Origin: Octopus bimaculoides
Taxonomy: Eukaryota
Reading direction: 5' to 3'
Length of the DNA: 43,614 bases
NCBI RefSeq assembly: GCF_001194135.2
Contig: NC_068987.1
Location: forward strand, 96,332,173 to 96,375,786
The notes beneath the pieces were generated by a model, which did no database searches, was not told the origin of the DNA, and worked only from the letters and a program-made list of their open reading frames with translations. The position numbers were made by a program, and so were the translations under genes. Shown piece after piece: positions 25,061 to 37,513 of the stretch (position 1 is its first letter; each line of letters starts with the position of its first letter).

Positions 25061-25109
25061 AATGATGATGATGATGATAACAATGATGGCAACAATGACG
25101 ATGACATGG

Positions 25110-25315
25110 CCAATTCATGCAACAGACCAAGGTTGTTGGAAATATAAAGAAGGTTGGTTATGGCTGAAGCATGGAAACCTGAAATGCGACACCAAAGCAC
25201 TAATTATACCCACTCGAGAACAAGCCATTAGGATGAATCTGATAAAGGCAATGATTGACAAACCTCAGTCACACAGCAAATGTAGAAGTTGCAGGAAAGG
25301 AGTTCAACATGGTAA
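25110..25315 (+). mobile_element. Dong/R4-type LINE fragment
   Basis: WLWLKHGNLKCDTKALIIPTREQAIRMNLIKAMIDKPQSHSKCRSC matches the R4/Dong 'GxLKxETExLIxAAQEQAIxTN..K.KI....CR.C' segment. Confidence 0.75.
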
Positions 25316-25339
25316 CAATTCTGCCTGTTCACCATGTTC

Positions 25340-25395
<56 letters not shown>

Positions 25396-25545
25396 TAATA
25401 ATAGTTTATTATTTAGGTACAAGGCCATCAAATTTGAGAGAAGGTAATCAGTCAATACCATCAACCCCAGTACTTGACTGATACTTTATTTTATTGACTC
25501 CAGAGGGATGAAAGCAATGTTGACCCCAGCAGGATTTGAACTCAG
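25340..25545 (-). mobile_element. SINE A2 copy with long (ATT)n tail
   Basis: (AAT)n at 25342-25402, then tacaaggccatcaaattt...ggatgaaag...tttgaactcag. Confidence 0.7.
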
Positions 25546-25797
25546 AATATAAAACATAAAAATCATTTTCATCATTTAACATCCATAATCCATGCAGGCA
25601 TGGGTTGTGTGTGTGTGCATATGTACATGAGTTTGTGTGTGTTTGTATTTGTGACAAGTGGAATAAGATATCCCTTATAAAACAGGTAAAGCTTAGCAAC
25701 AAGAAGGGCACCCAGTTATAAAACATTGCTTCATCTATATATGCTTCTAATCCATCCAAGCTTGGAAAAATCAGACATACAAACAAATGATTAAACA

Positions 25798-26140
25798 CAA
25801 TGTTATGACAAACTTTCTTTGCTCTAGATACACTTCTATGACAGCTCTATTTGACTCAGTCAAACTTATATCACCTCCATTTGCCCGGCACTATGTTATG
25901 ACAACTCCATTTACCCAACACTACGTTATGACAGTTCCATTTGCTCTAGACACACTATGATACAGCAGCTCTTTTTGACTGAAACACTAGATCATGACAG
26001 CTCTATACATTTTATAACAATACAATTTGTGCTAGGCACTATGTTTTGATGGCTCTGTTTATTTGAGGCTCACTATACTAGAACAGCTCTATTTGATTTA
26101 GACATACGCTGTTATGAAAGCTCTATTTGATCTAGACATA
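25798..26140. repeat. Degenerate minisatellite, ~30-35 bp unit, roughly 10 copies
   Basis: Recurrent cactatgttatgacagctc(c/t)atttg...aga units. Confidence 0.75.
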
Positions 26141-29100
26141 ATATGCAGTGACAACAACAGTTTCCTGCCTCACACAAGCTTAGTCACAGCCCTGGTTACT
26201 AAACAGTTGGATTTTTCTTGTTATTTATTAGAGTTGAGCTTGTGAGTGTGATGCTGAGGAAAGATAACGAAGAGTGAGCTAGCTTGAACTTCACCCAATA
26301 CGATTTGCTTTGTGTTTGGTAGTGACACACATTCATATGGTGTATGCTTTTCTTTATCTCTTTCAACTTGTAAGTATATTTTGCAGATAACTATTAAAGG
26401 AACTTGAATAACAAGTTTAAACAGCTGTCTCATCAAACTATCCCTTCTGCAAGAGACACCAGACAACAGCAGCAGTAGTGAGAGATATATGAACTATATA
26501 TAAGCTCAAAGTAATATATATTCATTTACATCAGTGACTCTCAATATTTTGTAGTTTAGCACTTCTTTTTATTGAATGGCATTTTACACACATCCCTCAT
26601 CCCATCAGGTTTGCATTTTGCAGAAAAGAAACCCCAAAAACTTTTAATCAAAGAGTAGTTTATTTTCTATATTTTCTTATTATGTCCCATGTAATATGTG
26701 CCATTTTTTTTTTTTAGATATTTGCATAAACTAGTAGCTCCTATGTTTAATTTTTAAGAAAGTATGCACTTATATAAGAAAACTGTATTGGACCTTGATA
26801 CATCATCAATCATATTTTTCCATTCACTGATAATACAATCTCTTATTCATATCATAATTCCAACAAAGATGTATATATTTTGAATATGTGTTTAAAATAT
26901 AAGTATTTTATCTGGTTTAAATATTTTATTTCTCAGAAAAATCACAACCTCTCTAAATACCAGCTCCCCCACATAACACCCCACTGACATTTGCCATTTC
27001 CTTATAAGCTCATTATACCCTTGTGTACTACCATCCAAGTTAAGGACTACTGATCTACACACACACACACACACAAAAACACAGATAAACAGAAATAAAC
27101 TAACAGATAGGTTGAAAGACGAAAAGATAGCTAGCCAGACATGTGTATAAAGAGTAGGATAGACAGATGGAAAACAGACAGACTTATTAGATAGACTAAG
27201 AAAAGACAATATATGTCAGTATTCCATGCAACACAATAAATAAGGATAAACAAAATGTGAAGTAATAGCATACGTTTAGAAGTTCACTTTATAAGTATGA
27301 AGTGTTTCACCACAGCCTCAGGTTAACCTAAGCTTTTTGAGTAGACAGAAATTGTGTGGAAGCCCACCCAGGGATTGTACTCTGCCAGAGAGTTACTATA
27401 AGAACTTGTGGAATAACTGGCCACTTACACATTGGTTCAATGAGCCGGTTATTCAGTTTTATCAAACATCTGAATCCTCATCATTGAAACCAATGGAAAT
27501 TCACATACTTACTAAATATCAAAACTCTAGACTTGATGAAAAAGAACATATACAGAAAGATAGATAGATCAACAGTCAGCTGATTGCTGGAATGGGTAGA
27601 GGCACACAAAAAGAGAGAAAGTAGAGAGAGATCAATAGATAGCCAAACAGATCAATGGATATAAAAATAGAGTGATAGATTGAGAGATTGATGGCTAGCC
27701 AGGGTGAAGGTTATATAAGTGGGTCATATTTGAATGAGTTTGGCCATAAGTATATTACTGGTATTTAATCCAACAGCATCTCTTGTCCGAAAAGATAAAA
27801 AACAGAATTGATTGTAGCACAATTTGAACTCAGAGCAAAAGCACTTAGTTTAGTGCTCGACTACCTAAAACCAGCTTTCACAATTTCCTTGTTGTTTAAC
27901 TCTGCATTACTCCTGATCAAACAGATTTTTAATTAAAGGTAAACAGGAAACATTGTCTTTATTTCAACTACACCAATTACTGTGACCTTTCTCTTTAAGA
28001 TGGTAGAGTGTGGTCTAAGGGTGAATTGGATGCTATTTCTAATAGTTCCACTGAATGCATTGAGATTCCTTTGGTATTCACAACTATGCTAAGGTTCCTT
28101 CGTTGAGTAGTTGTAAACTTGTTCTATGAAACATGTCACCTTAAATTATTGAAGTGACTTTCATAAAAGACACCAACTTTAAATGTATGACAGCAGCATT
28201 GAGGTTCTTCTGATTCTCATGACTCTGTTGAAACTTCTTTCTTGGGTAATTGCAAATCTATTTCATGAAGCATGCCAAACTTAAAATTATTATAGTAGAT
28301 CTAAGTGTAATATGAGTATTATAGTAGAGATGCAAAGTGTAAAGTACTTATATCATTGTTTTGATGTTCATTGTCCCATGCTGGCATGGGTTAGGCAGGG
28401 TTCATTGTACAACATATCACCACTTGAAATAATTGATGTTATCTTATCAGTGAGACCCAAGATCTGACTCTACCACTTCTTCCTCTGTCTTCTTTAGCCT
28501 TTCTCTTTCCTCTGCTGTTGATAATAACCTCTATTATCAACATATAATAGTTCTCAAATTAAGATTAGTAGATGCTTCAAGATGACAATGTCTTCCAGAT
28601 ATCCTGCCACTCCCATATCAACAATATTTCCATTTCCTTTCAGAGGACATAAATGGTTAAGTCACCAAGATACCAAACAATTGACAACAAACAAAACAGG
28701 TCAGAGATTCACATCTTGTCATTGGTGTTGAATTGTTACCATGACAAATATACTTCATGACTGAGAGTCCATTTTGCTTCTTCTTCATCATCATCATCAT
28801 TGCCATCACTAACACCACTGCCGTCATCACCATTGCATCATCATCATCATCATTTAACATCAGTATTCCATGCTGGTATGGGTCAGACAGTTTAATGGAA
28901 GCTGGCTAGCCACAGGAATGCACCAAGCTCCACTGTCTGCTTTGGTATGATTTCTATGATGGGATACCCTTCCTAATGTCAATTCACTGTTGTAAATTGA
29001 TGGCTGCCTCATCACTGGTTTGCAGTGTCAAGGTGAACTCCACTTATAATAGACTTGCAGCTTATCCAGGGGCAGATCTATCTTTCATCCATTTAATGAT

Positions 29101-29173
29101 ATGGAAAACTAAAGATAATTACCAGCCCTCTATCCTTTTGTAATTCAGAAAAAGTTTATAATTACTATTATTA

Positions 29174-29430
29174 AGGTGGCAAGCTAGCAGTATCAATAGC
29201 ATGCTGGGCAAAATGCTTAGCTGTGTTTCTTCCATCATTATGCCTTGAGTTCAAATTCCGCCAAGGTCAACTTTGCCTTTGATCCTTTAGGGGTTGATAA
29301 ATTAAGTACCAGTGAAACACTGGGGTCAATGCAATCAGCTAGTTCCCTCCCCATAAATCTCAGGCCTTGTGCCTTTACAGAAAGGATTATCATTATTATT
29401 ATTATTATTGTTATTATTATTATTATTATC
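29174..29430 (+). mobile_element. SINE A2 copy
   Basis: ggtggcaagctagcag...gagttcaaattccgccaaggtcaactttgcctttgatcc...aaatctcaggccttgtgcc...(ATT)n. Confidence 0.8.
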
Positions 29431-29581
29431 ATTTTTAGTTTTCCTTCTTGTAAGACTTATAGTCCTTCTGTATGGCACTATGATCTTCATGGTATCAAAT
29501 ATTGGTTCGTAAATGTAAATTTAAGGTCGTTGTTGTTGGTATTCTGCCTACAGGGCATAGAGAGACGTTTATGGAGCACCA

Positions 29582-29821
29582 ATCATCATCATCATCATCA
29601 TCATCATCGTTTAACGTCCGCTTTCCATGCTAGCATGGGTTGGACGATTTGACTGAGGACTGGTGAAACCGGATGGCAACACCAGGCTCCAATCTAATTT
29701 GGCAGAGTTTCTACAGCTGGATGCCCTTCCTAACGCCAACCACTCAAAGAGTGTAGTGGGTGCTTTTACGTGTCACCCGCACGAAAACGGCCACGCTCGA
29801 AATGGTGTCTTTTATGTGCCA
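29582..29821 (-). mobile_element. Repeat family B copy, abuts N-gap
   Basis: Near-identical reverse complement of 170-342. Confidence 0.8.
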
Positions 29822-30078
29822 NNNNNNNNNNNNNNNNNNNNNNNNNNNNNNNNNNNNNNNNNNNNNNNNNNNNNNNNNNNNNNNNNNNNNNNNNNNNNNN
29901 NNNNNNNNNNNNNNNNNNNNNNNNNNNNNNNNNNNNNNNNNNNNNNNNNNNNNNNNNNNNNNNNNNNNNNNNNNNNNNNNNNNNNNNNNNNNNNNNNNNN
30001 NNNNNNNNNNNNNNNNNNNNNNNNNNNNNNNNNNNNNNNNNNNNNNNNNNNNNNNNNNNNNNNNNNNNNNNNNNNNNC

Positions 30079-30392
30079 ACTTTTTCACGCAGCTATCCTC
30101 ATCCATTCTCACCACATGTCCATACCAGCGCAATCATCTCTCTTGCACACCACAACTGATGCTTCTAATGTTCAGCTTTTCTCTCAAGATACTTACACTC
30201 TGACGGGTATTCACATTGACATTACACATCCAACGGAGCATACTGGCTTCATTCCTTGCGAGCTTACGTATGTCCTCAGCAGTTACAGCCCATGTTTCAC
30301 TGCCATATAGCATGGCTGTTCGTACGCATGCATCATACAGTCTGCCATTTACTCTGAGTGAGAGTCCCTTTGTCGCCAGCAGGGGTAAGAGC
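30079..30392 (-). mobile_element. RTE-clade LINE 3' fragment
   Basis: ORF track gives MRWYGHVVRMDEDSCVKK; adjacent sequence is homologous to 13960-14215. Confidence 0.8.
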
Positions 30393-31329
30393 TCTAGACA
30401 GGATATATTACATATTACAATCTTGATCGATTAGAGATGACACAAGGAGAAAATCATAACAATGAATATTTTGCAGATGGGAGAAAACGACAGTGATTTT
30501 AAAGAGCTATTGCAATAATTTAATTTCCTGATTTTTCTGTGATCATTTTTGTAATTAACACTACAATTTGATTACTCCATTCCTGAATTGGGGTGGAATT
30601 GTGACATAATGTTAAAGAACATTGATACGTCAGTATAGAAAAAAGTCTTTAAACTGGAACTTATATAAGGAAACTCACAATGACAATTGAAAACTGGGCA
30701 GATTGAAATGTTTTTTTTTTTATTCACCAAGGCCCATTTTTTTTAGGAGGGGGTAGCCACAACAATACACACACCAGGCATTCCATTCATTACCCAGCTC
30801 AAAGATGCAAACCCTGTCCGATGCTCAAGTCAAGGCATAGAAAGCAACCCCTAATATCAGTAGCAGGGCCCAACAGCATACGCTGGTTTAATATTATTTC
30901 ACCATGGCCAGACATGTTTTTCACAGAATATTGGAAATGAATGATGCTGCTTGTATGACAGTGGCAATCATTTACAACTATCACATGATGCCAAGACAAA
31001 GAGACACAAACACACATACAATCAAATCGTCCAACCCATGCTAGCATGGAAAGCGGACATTAAACGATGATGATGATGATGATGATGATGATGATATATA
31101 TAGAGGGTGCAGTGAATATATTGTTGTCTAAATTACACAAAAATGAAAATAACGCTGACCTCTCATTTTAACATATATTTACCAGATGGCTACACCAGGC
31201 TCCAATCTGATTTGGCAGAGTTTCTACAGCTGGATGCCCTTCCTAATGCCAACCACTCAGAGAGTGTCCAACCACTCAGAGAGTGTATGTATGTATATAT
31301 ATATAAATACACACACACACACATGATGT

Positions 31330-31478
31330 GCTTCTTTCAGTTTCTGTCTACCAAATCCACTTACAAGACTTTGTTCAGCCCAGAGCTATAGAAGACACTT
31401 GCCAAAAGTGCCATGCAATGAGACTGAATGCAAACCATGTGCTTGGGAAACAAACTTAAGCACACAGCCATGCCTGCA
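31330..31478 (-). mobile_element. SINE family C head
   Basis: Homologous to 10060-10222. Confidence 0.7.
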
Positions 31479-31570
31479 CCTATGAAATATATAAATTATG
31501 GCAGAGAAAAATGACACAAGAAAAGAAATATTAAAATATGAACTAAGAGAGATATAATATGGTACGATAC

Positions 31571-31782
31571 CTGATTGATGTTCCAGCCACCCTCAACAAG
31601 CTTCTTCACAACGGCAAGATGACCGTATTCCACGGCAATGTGGAGGGGTGCAATAGATGATGAACAATTTCTTTTGCACCGAGGCTGAGCAAGGAGCATC
31701 TCAACAACTTCATCATCACCTTTCTCACATGCTAATAGCAATGGTGTCTGGCCATTGGTATTGCACTTGTTTAGTTCACAAC
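31571..31782 (-). CDS. ASB-like protein, internal exon
   Basis: GCELNKCNTNGQTPLLLACEKGDDEVVEMLLAQPRCKRNCSSSIAPLHIAVEYGHLAVVKKLVEGGWNINQ (two ankyrin repeats). Acceptor tttatcAG at 31784-31783, donor GTATC from 31570; 212 nt, phase 1 to 0. Confidence 0.93.
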
Positions 31783-32162
31783 CTGATAAAGAAAACATTA
31801 GTGAAAGATACTTTAATAGGGAGTCAAGAGGTCAAATAGCAACAAATAATGGGGAATTTTGAGACTTTAATAAAGAGTTTTATAAACTGATGAGTGTTCA
31901 CTGGTTTTTGTTGTTTCTTACTATTCTAACACGTGACTGAGTGATTTTGTTAAATTTAGATATTTGCTCTGAGTCAAAACAAAGATTTTTACAACTTGGT
32001 ATCATTCATAAATGCTCACTGACTATTGCCATCTTCTTTCAGCCGGGTTAACTGAAATGAACTAAGTAATAGGCTTAGCTTAGAGGCAATTATATATNNN
32101 NNNNNNNNNNNNNNNNNNNNNNNNNNNNNNNNNNNNNNNNNNNNNNNNNNNNNNNNNNNNNN

Positions 32163-32194
<32 letters not shown>

Positions 32195-32195
32195 T

Positions 32196-32402
32196 ATGAG
32201 TGGGTGCTGAAAAGTTTCTGGCTTTGGGCAAAAGAAAATACTGGAGGATCAGTTAATTATCATTTTATTCAACATATTATCCTCTCCAATTCACACACTT
32301 ATTGCAACAGTCCTTCAGTTTTTCTAATCCCTATAAAAGAACTCGTAAGGATATGCCTATTCTGACACCCTTAAAGCCAGGGACTTTTCAGCACTCCATA
32401 TA
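32196..32402. mobile_element. Tc1/mariner-type MITE
   Basis: Imperfect TIRs gagtgggtgctgaaaagtttctggcttt / aaagccagggacttttcagcactcc; about 200 bp, flanked by TA runs. Confidence 0.7.
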
Positions 32403-32931
32403 TATACACTGGACAGAACACCAGGTGACATTTCCAAATGATCTGGTACTTATTCCTCACAGCTAGGTAAACAAACACATTCAGGAGTGTTTTTCAAAAA
32501 ACCACAATGAACTAGTTGCAGTGGATTTGAACTCACAATGAGAAGATAGTACAATACTTTAACCACTTAGCCATCTATTTTCTACACAAATAACTCCAAA
32601 TCAGCTATGATTTGAGCAGTCTAACAACCAAAAGTACTCCAGCTCTGACCATTTCACAGATATTTTTTCTACGCTTAGAGTACTCTGGGCTACTCTTTTT
32701 AATGTAAGCTTCCGTCTTATAAAGATGATAGGATGTAATTTGAGCAATACTTCACTGCTATTTCTAGCAAGTTGAACAATCACAAAGAGGCTTCCGTGTT
32801 AGTTTATACACAAATGGTGCCACAGGTAATCTAGTACATGAAGAGTTTTATAAGTAGCAGACAAGAACAAAATAGAGAGGAAACAACTGGAAAAAAACAG
32901 ATAAGAGAGAAAGAAAGAAAATATCTGGTAC

Positions 32932-33058
32932 CTGATTCAATGAAGAAACGAACAGCTTTAATATTATGTGCAGCAATAGCAATATGAAGTGGTGTCATCT
33001 TTTCTGTCTTTTCTTGTAAGTTTATGTCAGCTCCGTGCTTCACAAGATATTCTGTTAT
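32932..33058 (-). CDS. ASB-like protein, internal exon
   Basis: ITEYLVKHGADINLQEKTEKMTPLHIAIAAHNIKAVRFFIESG (ankyrin TPLH motif). Acceptor ttccAG at 33060-33059, donor GTACC from 32931; 127 nt, phase 0 to 1. Confidence 0.93.
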
Positions 33059-33492
33059 CTGGAATACAATCAAACTCCAGTAAGTATGGTAGTCATCTCA
33101 AATGGAGAAATCACAACACAATGACATGCAGTAAACGCATTGTAGAGTGAGACTGCTTAGAAAACAATCTGTAGAGGTTGTTATTGTTTGAAAAATCTCC
33201 TGGTGGACTTTGCTAGAAAGATCCCTTTCCTTCACCCACCTCTGGTAACTGAGTGCTTTTACTCACCACCTCAACTCCTGCAAGTCTACTGTCTGAAAAA
33301 CAAAAGATGCTTTTTGTGCATCACACAGCCTGCAAGCTCTCACATCTAAGTCCTCACTTGAGAAAACCCCTCAAAATTTTCTTTCTCCATTCCATTAGTC
33401 TCAATATCACACACACGTCCATGCTAAATTCAGAAACACCTCCAGTCATATCAAACTATTCGCCCTGACATTGTCCCTTCCATTATTCTTAA

Positions 33493-34566
33493 CCCTTTCG
33501 TTACTATATTTCTGACCAAAATACACCCCCCCATGAGTTTCAATTAAATTCTAAAATAATCATGAATTTAGACTAGTCTCATTAAACACCTGTAACTTTT
33601 TTATTTATCAACATATTAATGTGATATTTGGAACATAATTAAAGAAAGGGTTCTTAATCAATTCTATTGCATAATTTTTGTCTCAAAGTTTTCCACGTAC
33701 TGGGGGTGTGTGTACTGCTAGTGTCTCTCACATGTAAATATTGGTTCAGCTTCACGAATCGTACTCGTTCATAATACTGGAAATATATTCATCACCAAAA
33801 GGTTCCTGATCGCTCCAGTAATTTGTTATTCTGGGTAATTGTCTAATAATATTTATGGCAAAAAATGCCCGTATNNNNNNNNNNNNNNNNNNNNNNNNNN
33901 NNNNNNNNNNNNNNNNNNNNNNNNNNNNNNNNNNNNNNNNNNNNNNNNNNNNNNNNNNNNNNNNNNNNNNNNNNNNNNNNNNNNNNNNNNNNNNNNNNNN
34001 NNNNNNNNNNNNNNNNNNNNNNNNNNNNNNNNNNNNNNNNNNNNNNNNNNNNNNNNNNNNNNNNNNNNNNNNNNNNNNNNNNNNNNNNNNNNNNNNNNNN
34101 NNNNNNNNNNNNNNNNNNNNNNNNNNNNNNNNNNNNNNNNNNNNNNNNNNNNNNNNNNNNNNNNNNNNNNNNNNNNNNNNNNNNNNNNNNNNNNNNNNNN
34201 NNNNNNNNNNNNNNNNNNNNNNNNNNNNNNNNNNNNNNNNNNNNNNNNNNNNNNNNNNNNNNNNNNNNNNNNTTGATAGCATGAAACTCCTCTCCATCTT
34301 CAAAGTTGAAAAAAATTAACGCCGCAAAAAAGTGGAAAAAAATCTTCCAAAATTCACTGAGTTCAAATATCATGCCAAACAATGTCGGAGACAATAACTC
34401 AACTGTTTGCAAAGTGAAATCAGGTGTTTTAACGAATGTACTAACGAGATTTGGATTCAAATATACATTTAAATAACAATAGGTACGCTCGGCTGGCTAC
34501 GGCTGGGTTAGTCTTATGAACCAAAAAATTTTTCGGCTGGCTACGGCCGGGTTAGTAACGAAAGGG
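33493..34566 (-). mobile_element. piggyBac-type DNA transposon, internally deleted or non-autonomous, spans an N-gap
   Basis: TTAA at 33489-33492 and 34567-34570; perfect 13-bp TIRs CCCTTTCGTTACT / AGTAACGAAAGGG; transposase-like IRAFFAINIIRQLPRITNYWSDQEPFGDEYISSIMN on the minus strand at 33752-33874. Confidence 0.85.
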
Positions 34567-34982
34567 TTAAACAGTGTGCTTCAATACTAGCTCCTGTCCT
34601 TGTTAAATTCTTCAATATTTCTTTCTTCACATGAATCTATCCCAATCTTTGAATTTATGCTATTGTGTTTCTAAACATCAAGGAGAGCAATCTCTTTTAC
34701 CCTACCCACTATCAAGCTATGGCTCTCACTTCCAACATCTCAAATGTAATAGAATCAGTAGTCAGCAATCACCTTCGCCACACCTTCAGCTTTTCTCTCT
34801 CCAATGACTATTAGTTCAGATTCCATTGAGTCAGATCAGCCGGTAATCTGATCTCTTTATATCACTCATCTAGACTGGAAGACTGCACAGCTTGAATCAT
34901 GGCTTCCATACTGTTTCTCTAGTTCATTAACAAACTACTTCTTACACAGAATACATGCTCATTCTTACAAAGAATACATGAA

Positions 34983-35303
34983 GGCACATGGCTCAGTGGT
35001 TAGAGTGTCAGGCTCACAATCTTGATGTAGTGAGTTCAATTCCCAGACCAGGCTGTGTACTGTGTTCATGGGCAAGACACTTTATTTCACAAGCTCCAGT
35101 TCACTCAGCTGTAGAGGTGAGCTGCGACATCACTGATGCGAAGCTGTGTCAGCCTTTGCCTTTCCCTTGGATAACATCAGGGTTGGTATGCATGGGCGAC
35201 TGCTGGACTTCTATAAGCAACCTTGCCTGGACTTGTGCCTCGAAGGGGAAGTTTCTAGGTGCAATCCCATGGTCATTCATGACCAAAAGGAGTCTTTACC
35301 CTT
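34983..35303 (+). mobile_element. tRNA-derived SINE family E
   Basis: tggctcagtggttag (A box), gagttcaattcc (B box), gggcaagacactt core. Reverse-complement copy at 8752-9100. Confidence 0.8.
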
Positions 35304-35892
35304 TATACAGATGACATCACTCTTCACTTCTACTTACTCTTTCACACACATCATTCACATGAAACCCTACAAATCACATACCAAACTTGCCCAACCATCA
35401 TAAACAGAGACCTCAATAACATCCTTGAAAGGGGTCATGACAAGTCAATACCTTTCTTCAGTACAAAGAGACAATCACAGCTCACACCTCATATCTCACC
35501 GCCTTCAGTCTTGGACAATACATAAACCAAAACTCTCACAGTTACTATAAACGCTAAGCCTCACAATCCCTGATGATCCAACATCTTTTATTTTTTACTT
35601 GTTTCAGTTATTAGACTGTGGCCATGCTGGAGCACCGCCTAGAAGAATTTTTAGTTGAATGAATTGACCCTAGTAATTTATTTTTTTAAAAAACCTGGCA
35701 CTTATTGTATGAAGAAGTTTTAGCCAAACGAATTGACCCCAGTACTTATTCTATCAGTCTTGTTTGCTGAAACACTAAGTTATGGGGGATGTAAGTACAC
35801 TAACATCGGTTGTGAAGTTGTTGTGGGGAAAACACAGACACAAAGACACACACACACACACAGATATATATATAATATATATGTGTGTGCGA

Positions 35893-36040
35893 AGGGCTTC
35901 TTTCAGTTTCCATCTATGAAATCCATTCACACGGCTTTGGTCGGCCTGAGGCTACACTAGAAGATACTTGCCAAAGTGTCACACAGTGGGACTGAACCTA
36001 AAATTATGTGGTTGGGAAGCACACTTCTTACCACACAGCT
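35893..36040 (-). mobile_element. SINE family C head
   Basis: Homologous to 10060-10222. Confidence 0.7.
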
Positions 36041-36042
36041 AC

Positions 36043-36045
<3 letters not shown>

Positions 36046-36122
<77 letters not shown>
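36046..36122. repeat. (GA)n microsatellite
   Basis: Read directly from the sequence. Confidence 0.95.
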
Positions 36123-36129
<7 letters not shown>

Positions 36130-37513
36130 ATGTAGCTATAACTGCATTGTGAAGTCTTTTTTCTTACAAGACCAGAAAATATTTCAGTTCTAATCGACTG
36201 ATGAATCTACAAAACTCAGTTGTGACCTACAATAGAGTACTGCTCCTTTATCTGTGCTGATATGCACACAATCATTCTAGGTTACATCAAAAAGGAGACC
36301 ATTTAGCTTATCAAAGACTCACCAACAAACAATAATTTCTGGCTGACAGACATGTTGTTGCTCTTCTCTGCTAATTCTATTATTACCACAATGTATTTTT
36401 TAACTCTGAACTAGATAGGTCAATACCACCTAACCCAATCCTACATCTCTCTTATCATCACCTAAACTGAATCTTACCCTTCCAGTATCCACACTATGTC
36501 CAATTCATTTGCACCCAGACATCAACACTATGGAATTCCTTCTTGCAGACATCAAATTACAGATGTTGAAGCTGAATATGAACGAGATTAATTTCACTAA
36601 TCTTTAAAGAATAGCAAAGATCACAGGCTCTTCTTCTTAACCATAAAACAATAATTTCATTCAATGTTATTTTGTCATTGTTTTCTGTTATTATCATGTA
36701 CTACTATTACAAATCAAAATATTTTTCGTTGTATATCTGTGACCTGGCCACATACACTTCATTGTATCTCATTATTACAAAGTAATAAGTATAAGGGAAT
36801 TTAACAGTCAAAGTCTTTAGCCCTAACCAAGTAGACCTATGATAAAAATGATTTCAGTTGTCACCTTCCTCTATTTTTCTAAGATTATATTGTCTAATGT
36901 GTTCTTTCTTCTTCATTTTTTTAAACAGTATGGTGTGGTTAAAATGAGAAGTGACTTTTATTTCTAGCAAGTCATGTAACTTTTTAGTATCTCTCATTGG
37001 CTCAAGCCTCCATGCAATTAATTTTTAAATGATTATAACGACTGCTACTTCCAGGCCATTGTTTAAATCTCTGCAAACATGACATCAGATAAAATCATAT
37101 GCCAATTAATGTCAAATTAACCAGAAAATGAAATATAAACCCCAAAAAGAAAATAAGTCCAACCCATGCTAGCATGGAAAGCGGACGTTAAACAATGACG
37201 ATGATGACAATTAAATTGTGATTATTTTAAAATGAAGATTAGGGTTATGAATGGCTTACACGATATGAAGCCTGATGACATCATCATTTGAACAGTCCTA
37301 ACAATTAATAATCTATTTATTTCGCTCATGGTCCACAGTCTATCACAGATGATAAACTACAGATTTTATCAGAGACCAGTCAGGAAACCACATGTTTGTA
37401 TGGTGGAATTTTCTTTACAGAAGTGATATTAGCATAAAAACAGTGATTGTGGTAGAGGTGGTGGTAATTGGTGTGATTCTGTTAAACCCCAGGCTAGTCT
37501 TAACTGAGCAGAT

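Larger units (their letters stand above)
33170..36580 (+). mobile_element. Old CR1/Jockey-group LINE relic, interrupted by younger elements
   Basis: Manual translation: PSIILKQCASILAPVLVKFFNISF (rejoined across the piggyBac), YQAMALTSNISNVIESVVSNHLRH (YRPIALTS-like), and a 3' NSFAPRHQ/LWNS-like end near 36500-36545. Confidence 0.6.

Noticed and set aside
25798-26140. CRISPR-like array
   Set aside because: Eukaryotic context, degenerate adjacent units without unique spacers, and no cas genes.
26221-26466. 81-aa minus-strand ORF as an extra ASB exon
   Set aside because: No ankyrin features, and the exons at 31571 and 24172 already join in frame.
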